Positions 1 through 9,406 of a stretch of DNA of 47,808 bases are shown one piece after another; position 1 is the stretch's first letter, and each line of letters begins with the position of its first letter. Both the position numbers and the translations under genes were made by a program. The notes under the pieces were generated by a model. That model was given only the letters and a program-made list of their open reading frames with translations. It ran no database searches and was not told the origin of the DNA. The DNA is from a virus, in UHGV virus genome UHGV-1373571; one strand, given 5' to 3'.

Positions 1-44
1 ACGTATTTCGTCGATAAGACGCCGGACCATAGCGAAAACAGGCT

Positions 45-395
45 GTGGATGATGGCCAACATGGGGAGGGTGATCTAATGGGCTTTCCTTCACCCGCGAC
101 GGATTACGTTGAGCAGCGACTGTCTGTCAACTCGATCTGCAATGTCGGGCCGAACACGCTCCTGTTCGAGCGTTCTGGCGGTTACGTTGTGCTGGATATC
201 TCCCTGAAACCAAGGCAGGGAAGTCAGGTTCTGATCCAGCACGGTGGCGGGACGGAGCTTGCCACGCTGAGAGGAAAGTCGCTGATAACCGAAGACGGCG
301 AAGCGATTGAAGGTGAGGCATTGGACGATGTCACTGTCGCCGGCGTCGTGACGCACATCATTTGTGATGTGCGAAGCGATAGCCTGGCGTTTTAA
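45..395 (+). CDS. UmuD-like (LexA/S24 family) protein, divergent, possibly degenerate; lies outside the prophage left boundary
   Basis: 116-aa ORF. The segment GFPSPATDYVEQR matches the conserved cleavage-region of UmuD/MucA (E. coli UmuD CGFPSPAADYVEQR, recalled from memory). The C-terminal DVTVAGVVTHII resembles the UmuD tail DVFGVVIHVV. The catalytic SGDSM serine motif is not recognisable (RSGGYV instead). Confidence 0.35.
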   Translation: MDDGQHGEGDLMGFPSPATDYVEQRLSVNSICNVGPNTLLFERSGGYVVLDISLKPRQGSQVLIQHGGGTELATLRGKSLITEDGEAIEGEALDDVTVAGVVTHIICDVRSDSLAF

Positions 396-569
396 CCATG
401 AAAGAGTGGTGCGCACCGTAACTACAACAAGTATGTCCGCAGTTATGGTGCGATACATTGCGGATTGAGTAAACGGCCAGTGTTCATTTCTGGATAGCTG
501 CTCGCAGATTTTGGCATCTCAGGAGATGGCGCAGATGGAACCTGACCCTGGAAGAGTTCGCGTAATGGC

Positions 570-1730
570 TTACTGGACTGCACGACCATCGATGTAATCA
601 GCCCACCACTGCATCATCTCTCTGCGTTTATCCAGATACTGAGCATGGTTGTAAATTCCGCGTATTGACCCGCTGGCGGTGTGCGCGAGTTGTTTTTCAA
701 TCGCGTCCGCTGGCCAGCCATGCTCATTCATTATTGTGCTGAACTGATGGCGGAATCCGTGCCCGCTCGCCAGCCCCTCATAGCCAATCCGCCGGATAAC
801 TAATAATACGGCATTCTCGCTGATGGGCTTTTTCTTATCATTCCGCCCGGCGAACACAAAAGAGGAAACAGGGCTTGTGATCGGTTTGAGAGTATTCAGG
901 AGATTTATTACCTGATCTGACATCGGAACCACATGAACGCGGCGCCCTTTCATTACCTCTTCGTCGATGGTTATCATCCTGTTTTCAAAGTCGACGTTTT
1001 CCCATTGCATAGAACGGAGTTCTTTTGTACGCAGTGCAGTATATTGCAAAACCTGTGTGGCAATTTTCGAAATAATACTTCCGGAAAAGCCAGATAGCGC
1101 GTTATTGAATGCTGGTATCTGATCAGCAGGAAGGAAAGGGTAGTTTTTCTTTCTATATCCCTTCATGGCATCAGCAAGGTCAGGAGCCGGATTATATTTG
1201 GCCCTTCCTGTAACGATCGCATACCTGAATACCTCACCACATCTTCTTCTGGCTTTATTGGCCCTCTCCATTGCCCCACGTTCTTCAAACCTCCGTATCA
1301 CCTCCAGTATCTGCATCGGCTCAATATCCTGTATTTCCAGATACCCGATCATTGGCAGAATATCGTCACGGAACATGCGAGAAAGTTCATCCGCATATCC
1401 TTCTGACCAAACCTGCCGCTTGTGGTCGTACCATTCATGATAAATAGCTGAAAATGAATTGTCCTTCACAGACAACTTTTTGGCCTTAACCGGATCGACC
1501 CCGACAGAAACATCCTTCCTTGCGGTCCACGCTTTATCCCGGGCTTCCTGCAATGACATGAGAGGGTATTTGCCCACAGTCAGCACCTTCTCTTTGCCGT
1601 CGAGCTTATAGCGCAACTGCCACACCTTTTTGCCAGACACCGGAACGTACAGGTACAGGCCATTGCTGTCGAGCATTCGGTAGGGTTTGTCTTTAGGCTT
1701 GGCGGCCTCTATCTGCTTAACGGTGAGCAT
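570..1730 (-). CDS. int: phage integrase, tyrosine recombinase of the P4 type
   Basis: 386 aa. The N-terminus (MLTVKQIEAAKPKDKPYRMLDSNGLYLYVPVSGKKVWQLRYKLDGKEKVLTVGKYP) is the characteristic P4-integrase arm-binding region. The C-terminal catalytic domain carries the conserved R...HGFRH...Y signature (GHGFRHQFST ... YNHAQY). It lies at the prophage edge. Confidence 0.9.
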   Translation of the reverse strand: MLTVKQIEAAKPKDKPYRMLDSNGLYLYVPVSGKKVWQLRYKLDGKEKVLTVGKYPLMSLQEARDKAWTARKDVSVGVDPVKAKKLSVKDNSFSAIYHEWYDHKRQVWSEGYADELSRMFRDDILPMIGYLEIQDIEPMQILEVIRRFEERGAMERANKARRRCGEVFRYAIVTGRAKYNPAPDLADAMKGYRKKNYPFLPADQIPAFNNALSGFSGSIISKIATQVLQYTALRTKELRSMQWENVDFENRMITIDEEVMKGRRVHVVPMSDQVINLLNTLKPITSPVSSFVFAGRNDKKKPISENAVLLVIRRIGYEGLASGHGFRHQFSTIMNEHGWPADAIEKQLAHTASGSIRGIYNHAQYLDKRREMMQWWADYIDGRAVQ

Positions 1731-1979
1731 GGGTAAAATTCCGGCGGGTAAAGTTGTTTTACTCGTTTTTTACCCGCCAAAAGGTGTGGCTGTCAACGGC
1801 CTGAGGCGAACTACTGCGAACAGGGATTTCATGAGAGGCTTGATACTGGCGGGATTCGGCGAACTAGAGCGGATTGCGGCGAACTCAAAATAAGTGTCCC
1901 CTGCATACATCTAACCTGATATGCAGGGGTTTGAAATGGATGATGTTTTTTACGTGTGAAAAATATTTTACTCGTTACT

Positions 1980-2180
1980 TTACCCATCGGAGCGGGACAG
2001 GAGCTTTTCTCTGAACTTGCAGTGGTCACTATATAACCACCTCGCTCTGCCGTGGATGAGTTTGGCTTTGGGGAGATCGCCGGACTTAATCCGGTCGTAT
2101 ATGAAGGTTTTTCCAAAGCCAGTATCCGCCATGATGAATTTCAGATCAACAAGGCTATCTGGTTGCATCTCATGTTTCAT
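1980..2180 (-). CDS. AlpA-family DNA-binding protein / excisionase
   Basis: 66 aa. The MerR-like HTH of the AlpA family (FIMADTGFGKTFIYDRIKSGDLPKAKLIHGRARWLYSDHCKFRE) sits immediately downstream of int on the same strand. Confidence 0.75.
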   Translation of the reverse strand: MKHEMQPDSLVDLKFIMADTGFGKTFIYDRIKSGDLPKAKLIHGRARWLYSDHCKFREKLLSRSDG

Positions 2181-2220
2181 CTTCCACCTCTCGTTACAGC
2201 CAAATGCTTACCACGTTCTT

Positions 2221-2880
2221 TCATTGGATCCCCCTCTGTTTGCGCATTAGCTCAAACTCTTCAAGAACCTTTTCCTTTGCTTTCTGGTAAGCCTCGGAAG
2301 CCTCTTCTTCTGTATCGTAATCGCCAAGATAGATGCCTTTATAATTAACAGTTATCCTTGCTGACCACCTACCTGATGGACGTTTAGTTACACCAACAAA
2401 TCGAGATTTGCTTCCCTTCACTTTCCTTCTGTTCAACTGCTGTTCAGATGGTGTGGCCCAACGACAATTTTCCGGTGAATACCCCTTTTCGTTATCGATG
2501 CGGTCCAGCGTAAACCCATCAGGACGAGAGCCCATATCAGCGTAAAACGAGCTGAAGTCATGCCATTGATGGCACACTGTTATTCCTCGCCCGCCATAAT
2601 CCTTGTATCTCTTATCGTTAGGGTTTTCGCATCTCTGTATCATGAGATCCCAAATTTTATATTCTGAAGAACTCGACAAGCCGTGAGTCTTTTTTGCTTC
2701 AACCTTCAAGCACCCACATGATTTTGTGTGACCACTTTTAACGTAAGAAAGGCGAATAATTTTAGTTCTACCGCAATCACAGTAAAATTTACCCTTATAA
2801 ACCCCTTTTTCATCTTTGGTGAAAGGCTCAATTAGCGTGAGCATGCCCACCTTTTCGCCAACATCAAACTTCACGCGCAT
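2221..2880 (-). CDS. HNH homing-endonuclease-like protein with AP2 DNA-binding domain
   Basis: 219 aa. HNH_3-type motif (GYSPENCRWATPSEQQLNRR) followed by an AP2 domain (SRFVGVTKRPSGRWSARITVNYKGIYLGDYDTEEEASEAY). Cys-rich N-terminus. Confidence 0.7.
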   Translation of the reverse strand: MRVKFDVGEKVGMLTLIEPFTKDEKGVYKGKFYCDCGRTKIIRLSYVKSGHTKSCGCLKVEAKKTHGLSSSSEYKIWDLMIQRCENPNDKRYKDYGGRGITVCHQWHDFSSFYADMGSRPDGFTLDRIDNEKGYSPENCRWATPSEQQLNRRKVKGSKSRFVGVTKRPSGRWSARITVNYKGIYLGDYDTEEEASEAYQKAKEKVLEEFELMRKQRGIQ

Positions 2881-2881
2881 A

Positions 2882-3100
2882 TCATTTGCCCTCCTGTTTC
2901 AACCGTAGTTCGATATCACTGGCGCAACTAACACAGCGCTGACAACCCGCCACCAGTTCCCGGCGCCGCTCGGGTATCTCTTCCCCACAGTCGCGGCAGT
3001 GAGTAGCTGAAACTGCATTGTGGTTGATGCGCATGTTCTGGATGGTCATTTCAAGCCGGCGCTCTGCCAGCTCGTTGGCCTGATCGATGATTTCTGGCAT
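2882..3100 (-). CDS. TraR/DksA-family C4 zinc-finger protein
   Basis: 72 aa, C-x2-C-x17-C-x2-C (CRDCGEEIPERRRELVAGCQRCVSC), typical phage TraR-like. Confidence 0.65.
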   Translation of the reverse strand: MPEIIDQANELAERRLEMTIQNMRINHNAVSATHCRDCGEEIPERRRELVAGCQRCVSCASDIELRLKQEGK

Positions 3101-3101
3101 G

Positions 3102-3320
3102 TCAGCGCTCCTTTATCTTTCCGTTCAAAATGCCGATTTCCACATAGAGATGGCTTGGCGTTAACCCAAGCTGCCTTATCAGCGGCATGCATCCGTTGAG
3201 GATCGGTCGTGATATCTCGTCGCAACTTAAAGCGGGAGATGACCTCCGCTTTGCCTTAACCTCATCGTTAGCCCTGCGCGCGATGCTTCTGAGCGCATTT
3301 TTCTTTTCTTCTGGCGTCAT
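3102..3320 (-). CDS. hypothetical protein
   Basis: 72-aa ORF, coupled (overlapping stop/start) to its neighbours in the leftward operon. Confidence 0.4.
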   Translation of the reverse strand: MTPEEKKNALRSIARRANDEVKAKRRSSPALSCDEISRPILNGCMPLIRQLGLTPSHLYVEIGILNGKIKER

Positions 3321-4486
3321 GCGACCCCCATATAAGCGCGAATGAAAGCCGCGGCTGCCTGTGCGTTTATAGCGTTGCCGTACCCTTTCAGGCGGCCGAC
3401 GCGGTTGCTGCTTGCCACTCTTGCCACCCCGGGCTCGACTCGTCCCATGCGTGCGGCAGCCCCATCAACCAGCGGGAATGTGCCGGGTTCAACTGGACGC
3501 CATTTGCCATCTCGACAAAAGAGCCAGTCCGCATCTCGCCAAAAACCGTTAACCTCAAGGGGCCGGTAATCCCCGCAAAGTCCTGCAGACGCTGCTGGGT
3601 CTTGCTCCCGTCCTGTCGATGCATGTTCATGGCCGCATCCACTGACGGCGATCGAGTGTTGCTCGTTGTCGGTGTTGGCCAACCCGTCATGAAAGCCTGG
3701 CGCGGCAGCTGGTCCAGTCGCTCCTTCCCGTCCCGCTGCGCCGTCATTCCCGCTGAGTCCTTCCAGTCGCGCGACGTTGGAGTTACCCAGCCCGCCATTC
3801 TGGCCGCCCCGCCCAATGTTGTTCCCCTGTTTGGCGCATTCGCGGCTGCTGCCTGTCCTGCAACCTGGTTGTTGTCGATCGTGGTTGGCGTCGGCCAGCC
3901 GGACATCATCGCCGCCGTTTGAATATTCATTCCGCCCTGGCGCCCGGACGTTCCCGCGCCGGTCACTGATGACGCTGTTGGCGTTGGCCACCCAGTAGGC
4001 CCGCTCTCTGATGTGCGGCGCACCGACGCCCGCTGACGTAAACGGCACAAGTCCGAAGGCGTATCCCACTCCTTCCAGGTCTGCTTGTACAAGGTCGAAC
4101 CATGTGTTTGCGTTACCGCTTGCAACCTGTTCGCCAAAGACATGCTGAGGTCTGCGCTCGCTGATGAGATGGAAGAAGTGGGGCCAAAGGTGCCGCTCGT
4201 CAGCAAACCCATCTCCTTTGCCTGCCGCGCTGAAAGGCTGGCACGGGCAGGAGCCAGTCCAGACCGGGCGATCGTCAGGCCATCCTGCGAGGCGGAGGGA
4301 ATGGGACCAGACGCCGATACCGGCGAAAAAGTGGCACTGGGTAAATCCTTTGAGGTCGTCAGGTGTGACATCTTCAATACTCCGTTCGTCAACTTCGCCC
4401 GGGGCGATATGCCCGTCAGCTATGAGGTTACGCAGCCACTGCGCCGCGAATGGGTCGATCTCGTTGTAGTAAGCTGCCGCTCTCAT
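3317..4486 (-). CDS. DNA (cytosine-5)-methyltransferase with an expanded low-complexity variable region
   Basis: 389 aa. Canonical C5-MTase motifs in order: I FAGIGVW, IV PCQPFSAAGK (catalytic Cys), VI FGEQV (ENV variant), VIII RERAYWVA, X GYGNAI at the C-terminus. About 150 aa of Gly/Asn/Arg-rich sequence sits where the target-recognition domain is expected. Confidence 0.8.
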   Translation of the reverse strand: MRAAAYYNEIDPFAAQWLRNLIADGHIAPGEVDERSIEDVTPDDLKGFTQCHFFAGIGVWSHSLRLAGWPDDRPVWTGSCPCQPFSAAGKGDGFADERHLWPHFFHLISERRPQHVFGEQVASGNANTWFDLVQADLEGVGYAFGLVPFTSAGVGAPHIRERAYWVANANSVISDRRGNVRAPGRNEYSNGGDDVRLADANHDRQQPGCRTGSSRECAKQGNNIGRGGQNGGLGNSNVARLEGLSGNDGAAGREGATGPAAAPGFHDGLANTDNEQHSIAVSGCGHEHASTGREQDPAASAGLCGDYRPLEVNGFWRDADWLFCRDGKWRPVEPGTFPLVDGAAARMGRVEPGVARVASSNRVGRLKGYGNAINAQAAAAFIRAYMGVA

Positions 4487-5139
4487 GCTGCCTCCGTCTT
4501 CACAACTTCAATGGCGCAGCCGGGGATCAACTCAACGGAAGCGGTGGCGCACTGGTTGCCCCAGTGACTCCAGCCTGGCGCTGCGCTTCGGCTGAAAAGC
4601 TCAATCCGCGGCACGTCGCCGTAGAGCAGTTCTAGGCGGTGCCTAACTTCCCACGGTTTCTCGCTGTGCGCGCCGAGCGGGCTGTAGACCACCTGCTTAA
4701 TGCCGGCGTGTTTGCGCTCCAGCCCGGTGCCGCGGGTGGCGATTAGTACGTCTTCGGTGTTGGCGCGGGTGTGGTTGCCACCGTTCATGCGTGTCTCGGC
4801 ATTCAGCAGGTCGAGGAAGTCGTAAAAGTCGGCTAACTCTCCCTCTGCCAGGGCCTTGGTAATGCGCAGTTCGGCCAGCTGATTCAACTTCACCCAGGTG
4901 AAACCCTTCATTGTGCGCACCGTAAAGCCCCAGGCTTCGGCCAACTCGATCGCCTCCTGGTTGTGGGTGCCGGTGTACCACATCGCCAGCACAGCGTTAT
5001 CCGCGGCGAGCTCCCACACCGGGAGCCGCTTCATATCGAGCAGGCTCATGGTGGGGTAGTGATCGACGGCGGCGCCGTTGCTTATCGTGTTCCCGTAAGA
5101 CCAGGCTGGGTCGGCATAGATAAGTGAGTAGCGGTTCAT
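4483..5139 (-). CDS. DNA N6-adenine methyltransferase, MT-A70 family (phage Dam-like)
   Basis: 218 aa; the N-terminal IYADPAWSY motif is the DPPW-type catalytic motif of MT-A70/phage Dam methylases. Confidence 0.8.
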   Translation of the reverse strand: MNRYSLIYADPAWSYGNTISNGAAVDHYPTMSLLDMKRLPVWELAADNAVLAMWYTGTHNQEAIELAEAWGFTVRTMKGFTWVKLNQLAELRITKALAEGELADFYDFLDLLNAETRMNGGNHTRANTEDVLIATRGTGLERKHAGIKQVVYSPLGAHSEKPWEVRHRLELLYGDVPRIELFSRSAAPGWSHWGNQCATASVELIPGCAIEVVKTEAA

Positions 5140-5570
5140 AGGACTGACTCCATTTCATCGATATAGAGGCCAGATGCGATAAGCCGGCGGCGCCGGGCCG
5201 CTTTATCAATACATTTCTGGCGGTTGCCAGAGGCGGCCTGAGCTATCGAGCGCTTAGTGAACAGGCGAGTTTTACCCTGCGGGGTAATGACCTTTGGCCT
5301 TGTGATCAGGTCAAAGGTGCGATCGCATATGCCATTCTCGTTGAGCCAGGTTTCCGATGCGATCAGCTGCGCAATGCGGCCTTCTCCCTTGGTTATGCCG
5401 TTCGCTACTCGGTTAAATTCGACAAGCGTCACGCCGAACTTCTCCGCTATTTCGCTGCCCGTTACAGGGCGGCCGCGAGTCTGAATCATCCAGATCACGC
5501 GCTCGCGAAGGCCGGAGAATTTCCCTGCTTTGCCGGGCCTGCGGTAAAATGGAGTGCGTTTCATTTCCAC
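5136..5570 (-). CDS. hypothetical phage protein (basic, possible DNA-binding)
   Basis: 144-aa ORF translationally coupled between exo and the methylase genes. Confidence 0.5.
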   Translation of the reverse strand: MEMKRTPFYRRPGKAGKFSGLRERVIWMIQTRGRPVTGSEIAEKFGVTLVEFNRVANGITKGEGRIAQLIASETWLNENGICDRTFDLITRPKVITPQGKTRLFTKRSIAQAASGNRQKCIDKAARRRRLIASGLYIDEMESVL

Positions 5571-6241
5571 TGCTCCCCGAAGGTAAAGCCGATCTCCGCC
5601 AGCGATTCATCCATCTTGCTGATGAAATCCGGCACCATTTCGTTGAAGACGCTCATGTATTTGTCGTCGCGCTCTACAACCACGTGGTGAATGCCTTCTC
5701 GCTTCATGCGAGGGTCATAATTCGCGAAATACCAGGCATCCTTTCCGGTTACCCACATGCTGAATTGCACCTGGGCCATGTAGGCGGATTTGATAGCCTC
5801 GAAGCCGCCAAGCCGGAATTTCATGAAGTCGCGAGAGGTGAAAGGGCACTTCAGCTCAAGGCCGCGACCATCACTGCACAGGCCATCAGGTGAGCAGGCG
5901 GTGCGCATACCTTCGTCACGGAAAAGGATCGGCGACTCTGTTACCTTCACGTCGGTGGTGAACTCAAACAGGGTGCGAGCGTCGGCCTCATACTGTTTCC
6001 CCCAGGCCAGCGCCTTGGCGTTAACTTCCGGCGCCACGCCGGTGCACACTTCGGCAAGGAGCGTAAGAAAGTAGGACATCTTCATATCAGTCCATTTCTT
6101 ACCTGCCTTGGGCTTAGAAATGACGTTGTGAACTTCCGAGGCAGTTATCACGCCCAGGCGTAAGCGGTGCCAGGATTCGTCTCCCTGTTCAACGCGGGTA
6201 ACGTCAATGCCAGTTCGCTCGAGGATAATTTCTGGTGTCAT
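5561..6241 (-). CDS. exo: lambda-type 5'-3' exonuclease (Red alpha, YqaJ-like viral recombinase domain)
   Basis: 226 aa, near-colinear with phage lambda Exo as recalled (MTPDIILQRTGIDV...[15 protein letters not shown]...[33 protein letters not shown]). Same length as lambda Exo. Confidence 0.9.
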   Translation of the reverse strand: MTPEIILERTGIDVTRVEQGDESWHRLRLGVITASEVHNVISKPKAGKKWTDMKMSYFLTLLAEVCTGVAPEVNAKALAWGKQYEADARTLFEFTTDVKVTESPILFRDEGMRTACSPDGLCSDGRGLELKCPFTSRDFMKFRLGGFEAIKSAYMAQVQFSMWVTGKDAWYFANYDPRMKREGIHHVVVERDDKYMSVFNEMVPDFISKMDESLAEIGFTFGEQWK

Positions 6242-7083
6242 GCTGCCACCTGCGCTTTTTTCTGGAGGAAGCTAAAGCCTTTCTGCGCTTCTTCTTCGGT
6301 GAGCTGTGATGCCTGGAAAATGTCACGCTTGAAGATGTTGCTGCACAGAGGCAGGAAGTCCTGTTCCCAGTCCTTATTCAGGGACGTCAGGAGGTCGGTA
6401 ATTGCCTGCAACGTTTCCTCACTGGCCACCAGGGGGAGTGCCTCTGTCGTGCTGCGCGGCGTTACGTCACGCGCATCCACTTCCAGCGTTTTACCTTCCA
6501 TCTCTTCGGCAGTGGGCTGCTGGCCAATTTCAGGCCACGCCTTACGCAGAGCCTGAGCCTCGGCACACTTCGCCAACTGGCCGTAAGGGCGCTTTTTCCA
6601 CATTGCGTTTGGCGCGGTAGTGTCGCGGCCGGCGGTGGCATAGTTCTCAACCCAGTATTCTTTCGCGCTGAATTCGACGATTTCCCCGCTCGGCATGCGC
6701 TTGCTGACCGTGTACTTGCACCATTGAGGTACGGTCACTTCAATGCCGGTAAGCGTCAGAGTGACGTCCGGGCCGAACTCTGGTTCTTTTGCGCCAGCGT
6801 AATCACCGGAGCGATCGGCCTGAATCCGATAAAGCCCGATGCCAGGCATAACCACATCGCGCCACTCGCTTTTCCCCGTCTTCGAGTCCTTAACGCTCAT
6901 CGGCACCAGATGAACGGGCTTCAGAAGCGGATCGAGGTTTCTGGCCCGGCAGTAGTCCAGCGCCATCATCACCGACTCATCCTTGGCGCCAGGATAAATA
7001 CTGTTCTTGAGGGCGCTCCATGTAGCGCCGTCAATTCCTCGCTCAGCAAGAGAGCTGGCTGTAATCACAAGTTCGTTAGCCAT
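6238..7083 (-). CDS. bet: single-strand annealing protein, RecT/Red-beta family
   Basis: 281 aa. The C-terminus ([25 protein letters not shown]...[10 protein letters not shown]) parallels the lambda Bet C-terminus. Coupled to exo. Confidence 0.8.
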   Translation of the reverse strand: MANELVITASSLAERGIDGATWSALKNSIYPGAKDESVMMALDYCRARNLDPLLKPVHLVPMSVKDSKTGKSEWRDVVMPGIGLYRIQADRSGDYAGAKEPEFGPDVTLTLTGIEVTVPQWCKYTVSKRMPSGEIVEFSAKEYWVENYATAGRDTTAPNAMWKKRPYGQLAKCAEAQALRKAWPEIGQQPTAEEMEGKTLEVDARDVTPRSTTEALPLVASEETLQAITDLLTSLNKDWEQDFLPLCSNIFKRDIFQASQLTEEEAQKGFSFLQKKAQVAA

Positions 7084-7098
7084 TGCTATTCCCCAAAG

Positions 7099-7383
7099 TT
7101 AAAACGGGCAGCCGGTGCGGTGATCCCAGTCGTATTCCGCCTGGGCGTAAGCTACTGCAGAGATGAGATCGTTATATGCCTCGCCAGCTGCATCGCTGCG
7201 GAGGCCTTCGTATGGGCTTTTGTCCATAGGTACAGAGAAGCGGAACAGGCCTGACGGCTCTTTCGGAAGGGCGTCGATAATTTCCTGCGCCCGATCGTCA
7301 ATCCACTTTTGCTTTTCTTCGGTGAGCGACTGTTCAGCCCATTTCCGTTCTTCGATAGCGTCGTATGCGCGGTATGCGTTCAT
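7099..7383 (-). CDS. gam: Gam-like RecBCD inhibitor (short GamS-like form)
   Basis: 94 aa beginning MNAYRAYDAIEERKWAEQ...EEKQK, similar to the internal-start region of lambda Gam ([30 protein letters not shown]). It is in the position expected next to bet. Confidence 0.5.
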   Translation of the reverse strand: MNAYRAYDAIEERKWAEQSLTEEKQKWIDDRAQEIIDALPKEPSGLFRFSVPMDKSPYEGLRSDAAGEAYNDLISAVAYAQAEYDWDHRTGCPF

Positions 7384-7463
7384 AGCTCGCTCCTGAAATT
7401 TGGTTGTAAGAATCCCGGCACCGTATTGGCTGCCTGATAGATCTGTTAAATTCTTCGGTTCGA

Positions 7464-7670
7464 TTACCGGCTGAGACCTTGTCCCAACCCGTTCAGATAA
7501 ACTTCAACCAGCAAGTCGGTTGTGTAAGTCCGCTCAATCCCGCGATGCAGGTACAGGCGACCGCGTTTATTTGCTGATGCTGTCCAGGTGCTTTCCCGAT
7601 GCTTAACGAGCATCCCTGGGAGAACGGCGCCGCGGTTAACGGTCTGTGTCCCGTAATGATGACTAACCAT
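7464..7670 (-). CDS. hypothetical small basic protein
   Basis: 68-aa ORF with a GGGGGTG SD-like sequence upstream. The alternative 96-aa frame 7493..7783 is judged less likely. Confidence 0.3.
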   Translation of the reverse strand: MVSHHYGTQTVNRGAVLPGMLVKHRESTWTASANKRGRLYLHRGIERTYTTDLLVEVYLNGLGQGLSR

Positions 7671-7769
7671 TGAACACCCCCGTAGCGTGCAGAATTTTGA
7701 TAATCAACGCTGTCCAGATAACGCCGCAGATCAGCAGGCAGTAAATCAGTGAACGAATGCCGTTTCTGC

Positions 7770-7886
7770 TCATGCTGAACCACCAGGCATCAGGCATAAC
7801 GCGCTTGCTATCAGTACGCATACGACGATGGCGAATGCGTGTGCCAGAAACTTAAACCACTCAGTTTTATCTTCTTCGCGGATCAT
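7770..7886 (-). CDS. hypothetical small membrane protein, first gene of the leftward operon
   Basis: 38-aa ORF (MIREEDKTEWFKFLAHAFAIVVCVLIASALCLMPGGSA) with one hydrophobic helix and an AAGGGTGA RBS. Not in the ORF track (under 60 aa). Confidence 0.3.
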   Translation of the reverse strand: MIREEDKTEWFKFLAHAFAIVVCVLIASALCLMPGGSA

Positions 7887-7969
7887 CTCTTCACCCTTGC
7901 CTTAAAGCCGGCCAGCTGAGCGTTGTTGCTAATGACCGGCGTTGCCGGTGTTGTTTGGATGAGATAATA

Positions 7970-8008
7970 ATGTACTAATGGTTCATCATTGTAAAGTACC
8001 AAAAGTAC
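7970..8008. promoter_or_regulatory. candidate left operator (OL) sites for the cI-like repressor, with the PL region
   Basis: Two 15-bp dyad sites, TGTACTAATGGTTCA (7970-7984) and AGTACCAAAAGTACA (7994-8008), spaced 24 bp apart. They match the TG(A/T)AC-N5-GT(T/A)CA sites found between cI and cro. Confidence 0.4.
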
Positions 8009-8252
8009 ATTTTTGATTTATGGATAGTTCAGATTGAGGTAACTTAATGAACTTTAAGTATATTTATTTATGGTCTGTTTGGTTAAGAGAATGGAAATGG
8101 TGTTGGCACTGGATGTGTTGATGCTGCGGGAAGAGTGGGGCAGTAAAAACCCGGCGCGGTGGCCGGGGTGTAAAGGTGGTCAGTGTGGCTTAGGATGAAT
8201 CGCCACGGGTTTAATAGACACCTCAGAGTCATTTAAGATGACTTAAAGAGAG

Positions 8253-8537
8253 GTGCCCATGAGCGGTAAGCGTTATCCCGAAGAGTTTAAAATTGAAGCG
8301 GTAAAACAGGTTGTTGATCGCGGCCATTCTGTTTCCAGCGTGGCAACACGTCTCGGTATCACCACCCACAGTCTTTATGCCTGGATAAAGGCATATGGCC
8401 CGGATTCCTCAACCAATAAAGTCCAGTCAGACGCTCAGGCTGAGATCCGACGCCTCCAGAAAGAGCTGAAGCGGGTTACCGACGAACGGGACATATTAAA
8501 AAAAGCCGCGGCGTACTTCGCAAAGCTGTCCGACTGA
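8253..8537 (+). CDS. IS3-family transposase OrfA (HTH)
   Basis: 94 aa with an HTH and leucine-zipper-like C-terminus (RRLQKELKRVTDERDILKKAAAYFAK). Confidence 0.9.
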   Translation: MPMSGKRYPEEFKIEAVKQVVDRGHSVSSVATRLGITTHSLYAWIKAYGPDSSTNKVQSDAQAEIRRLQKELKRVTDERDILKKAAAYFAKLSD

Positions 8538-8593
8538 GGTACGCCTTTATCCGTGACAACACCCATTGCTGGCCTGTCCGACTGCTTTGTCGG

Positions 8594-9406
8594 GTGCTGG
8601 ATGTGCATCCGAGTGGTTTTTACGCCTGGCTTCAGCAGCCGGATTCACGGCGGCATCATGCTGACCTGAGACTGACGGGGCTGATAAAGCAGTTCTGGCT
8701 GGAGTCGGGTTGCGTTTATGGTTATCGCAAGATCCACCTCGACCTGCGGGATACCGGACAACAGTGCGGAGTTAACCGTGTCTGGCGACTGATGAAGCGT
8801 GCCGGGATAAGGGCTCAGGTCGGGTACCGTAGCCCACGGGCACGTAAGGGTGAAACCAGCATCGTGACGCCCAACAGGCTCCAGCGGCAGTTCAACCCGG
8901 AAGCACCGGATGAGCGTTGGGTAACGGACATCACCTACATCCGGACTCACGAAGGCTGGCTGTATCTGGCTGTGGTTGTTGACCTGTTCTCGCGCAAAGT
9001 TATTGGCTGGTCAATGCAGCCCCGGATGACAAAGGATATTGTCCTGAATGCACTTCTGATGGCCGTGTGGCGACGTAATCCTCAAAAGCAGGTGCTGGTT
9101 CATTCTGATCAAGGCAGTCAGTACACAAGCTATGAGTGGCAGTCGTTCCTGAAATCACACGGGCTGGAGGGCAGTATGAGCCGTCGCGGTAACTGTCATG
9201 ACAACGCAGTCGCAGAAAGTTTTTTCCAGTTACTGAAACGTGAACGGATAAAGAAAAAGATCTACGGAACGCGAGAAGAAGCTCGCGGTGATATTTTTGA
9301 TTACATCGAAATGTTTTATAACAGTAAGCGTCGGCATGGTTCGAGTGATCATATGCCACCAACTGAATACGAAAAACAATATTATCAGCGGCTCGGAAGT
9401 GTCTAG
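8594..9406 (+). CDS. IS3-family transposase OrfB (DDE integrase core), expressed as an OrfAB fusion by a -1 frameshift
   Basis: 270 aa from the first ATG. The frame stays open upstream to the slippery site at 8498-8505 (fusion reads ...YAFIRDNTHCWPVRLLCRVLDVHPSGFYAW). DDE residues lie in WVTDITYIRT..., ...VHSDQGSQY... and ...NAVAES.... Confidence 0.9.
   Translation: MLDVHPSGFYAWLQQPDSRRHHADLRLTGLIKQFWLESGCVYGYRKIHLDLRDTGQQCGVNRVWRLMKRAGIRAQVGYRSPRARKGETSIVTPNRLQRQFNPEAPDERWVTDITYIRTHEGWLYLAVVVDLFSRKVIGWSMQPRMTKDIVLNALLMAVWRRNPQKQVLVHSDQGSQYTSYEWQSFLKSHGLEGSMSRRGNCHDNAVAESFFQLLKRERIKKKIYGTREEARGDIFDYIEMFYNSKRRHGSSDHMPPTEYEKQYYQRLGSV

Noticed and set aside
3388-4392. 334-aa ORF in an alternative frame on the same strand, inside the C5-methyltransferase gene
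   Set aside because: It lies entirely within a gene with clear C5-MTase motifs. The open frame is explained by GC-rich low-complexity DNA. It has no RBS or independent start context.
7493-7783. 96-aa alternative-frame ORF overlapping the 68-aa and 38-aa small ORFs on the minus strand
   Set aside because: It overlaps two shorter ORFs that have better RBS context, and its composition is less protein-like.
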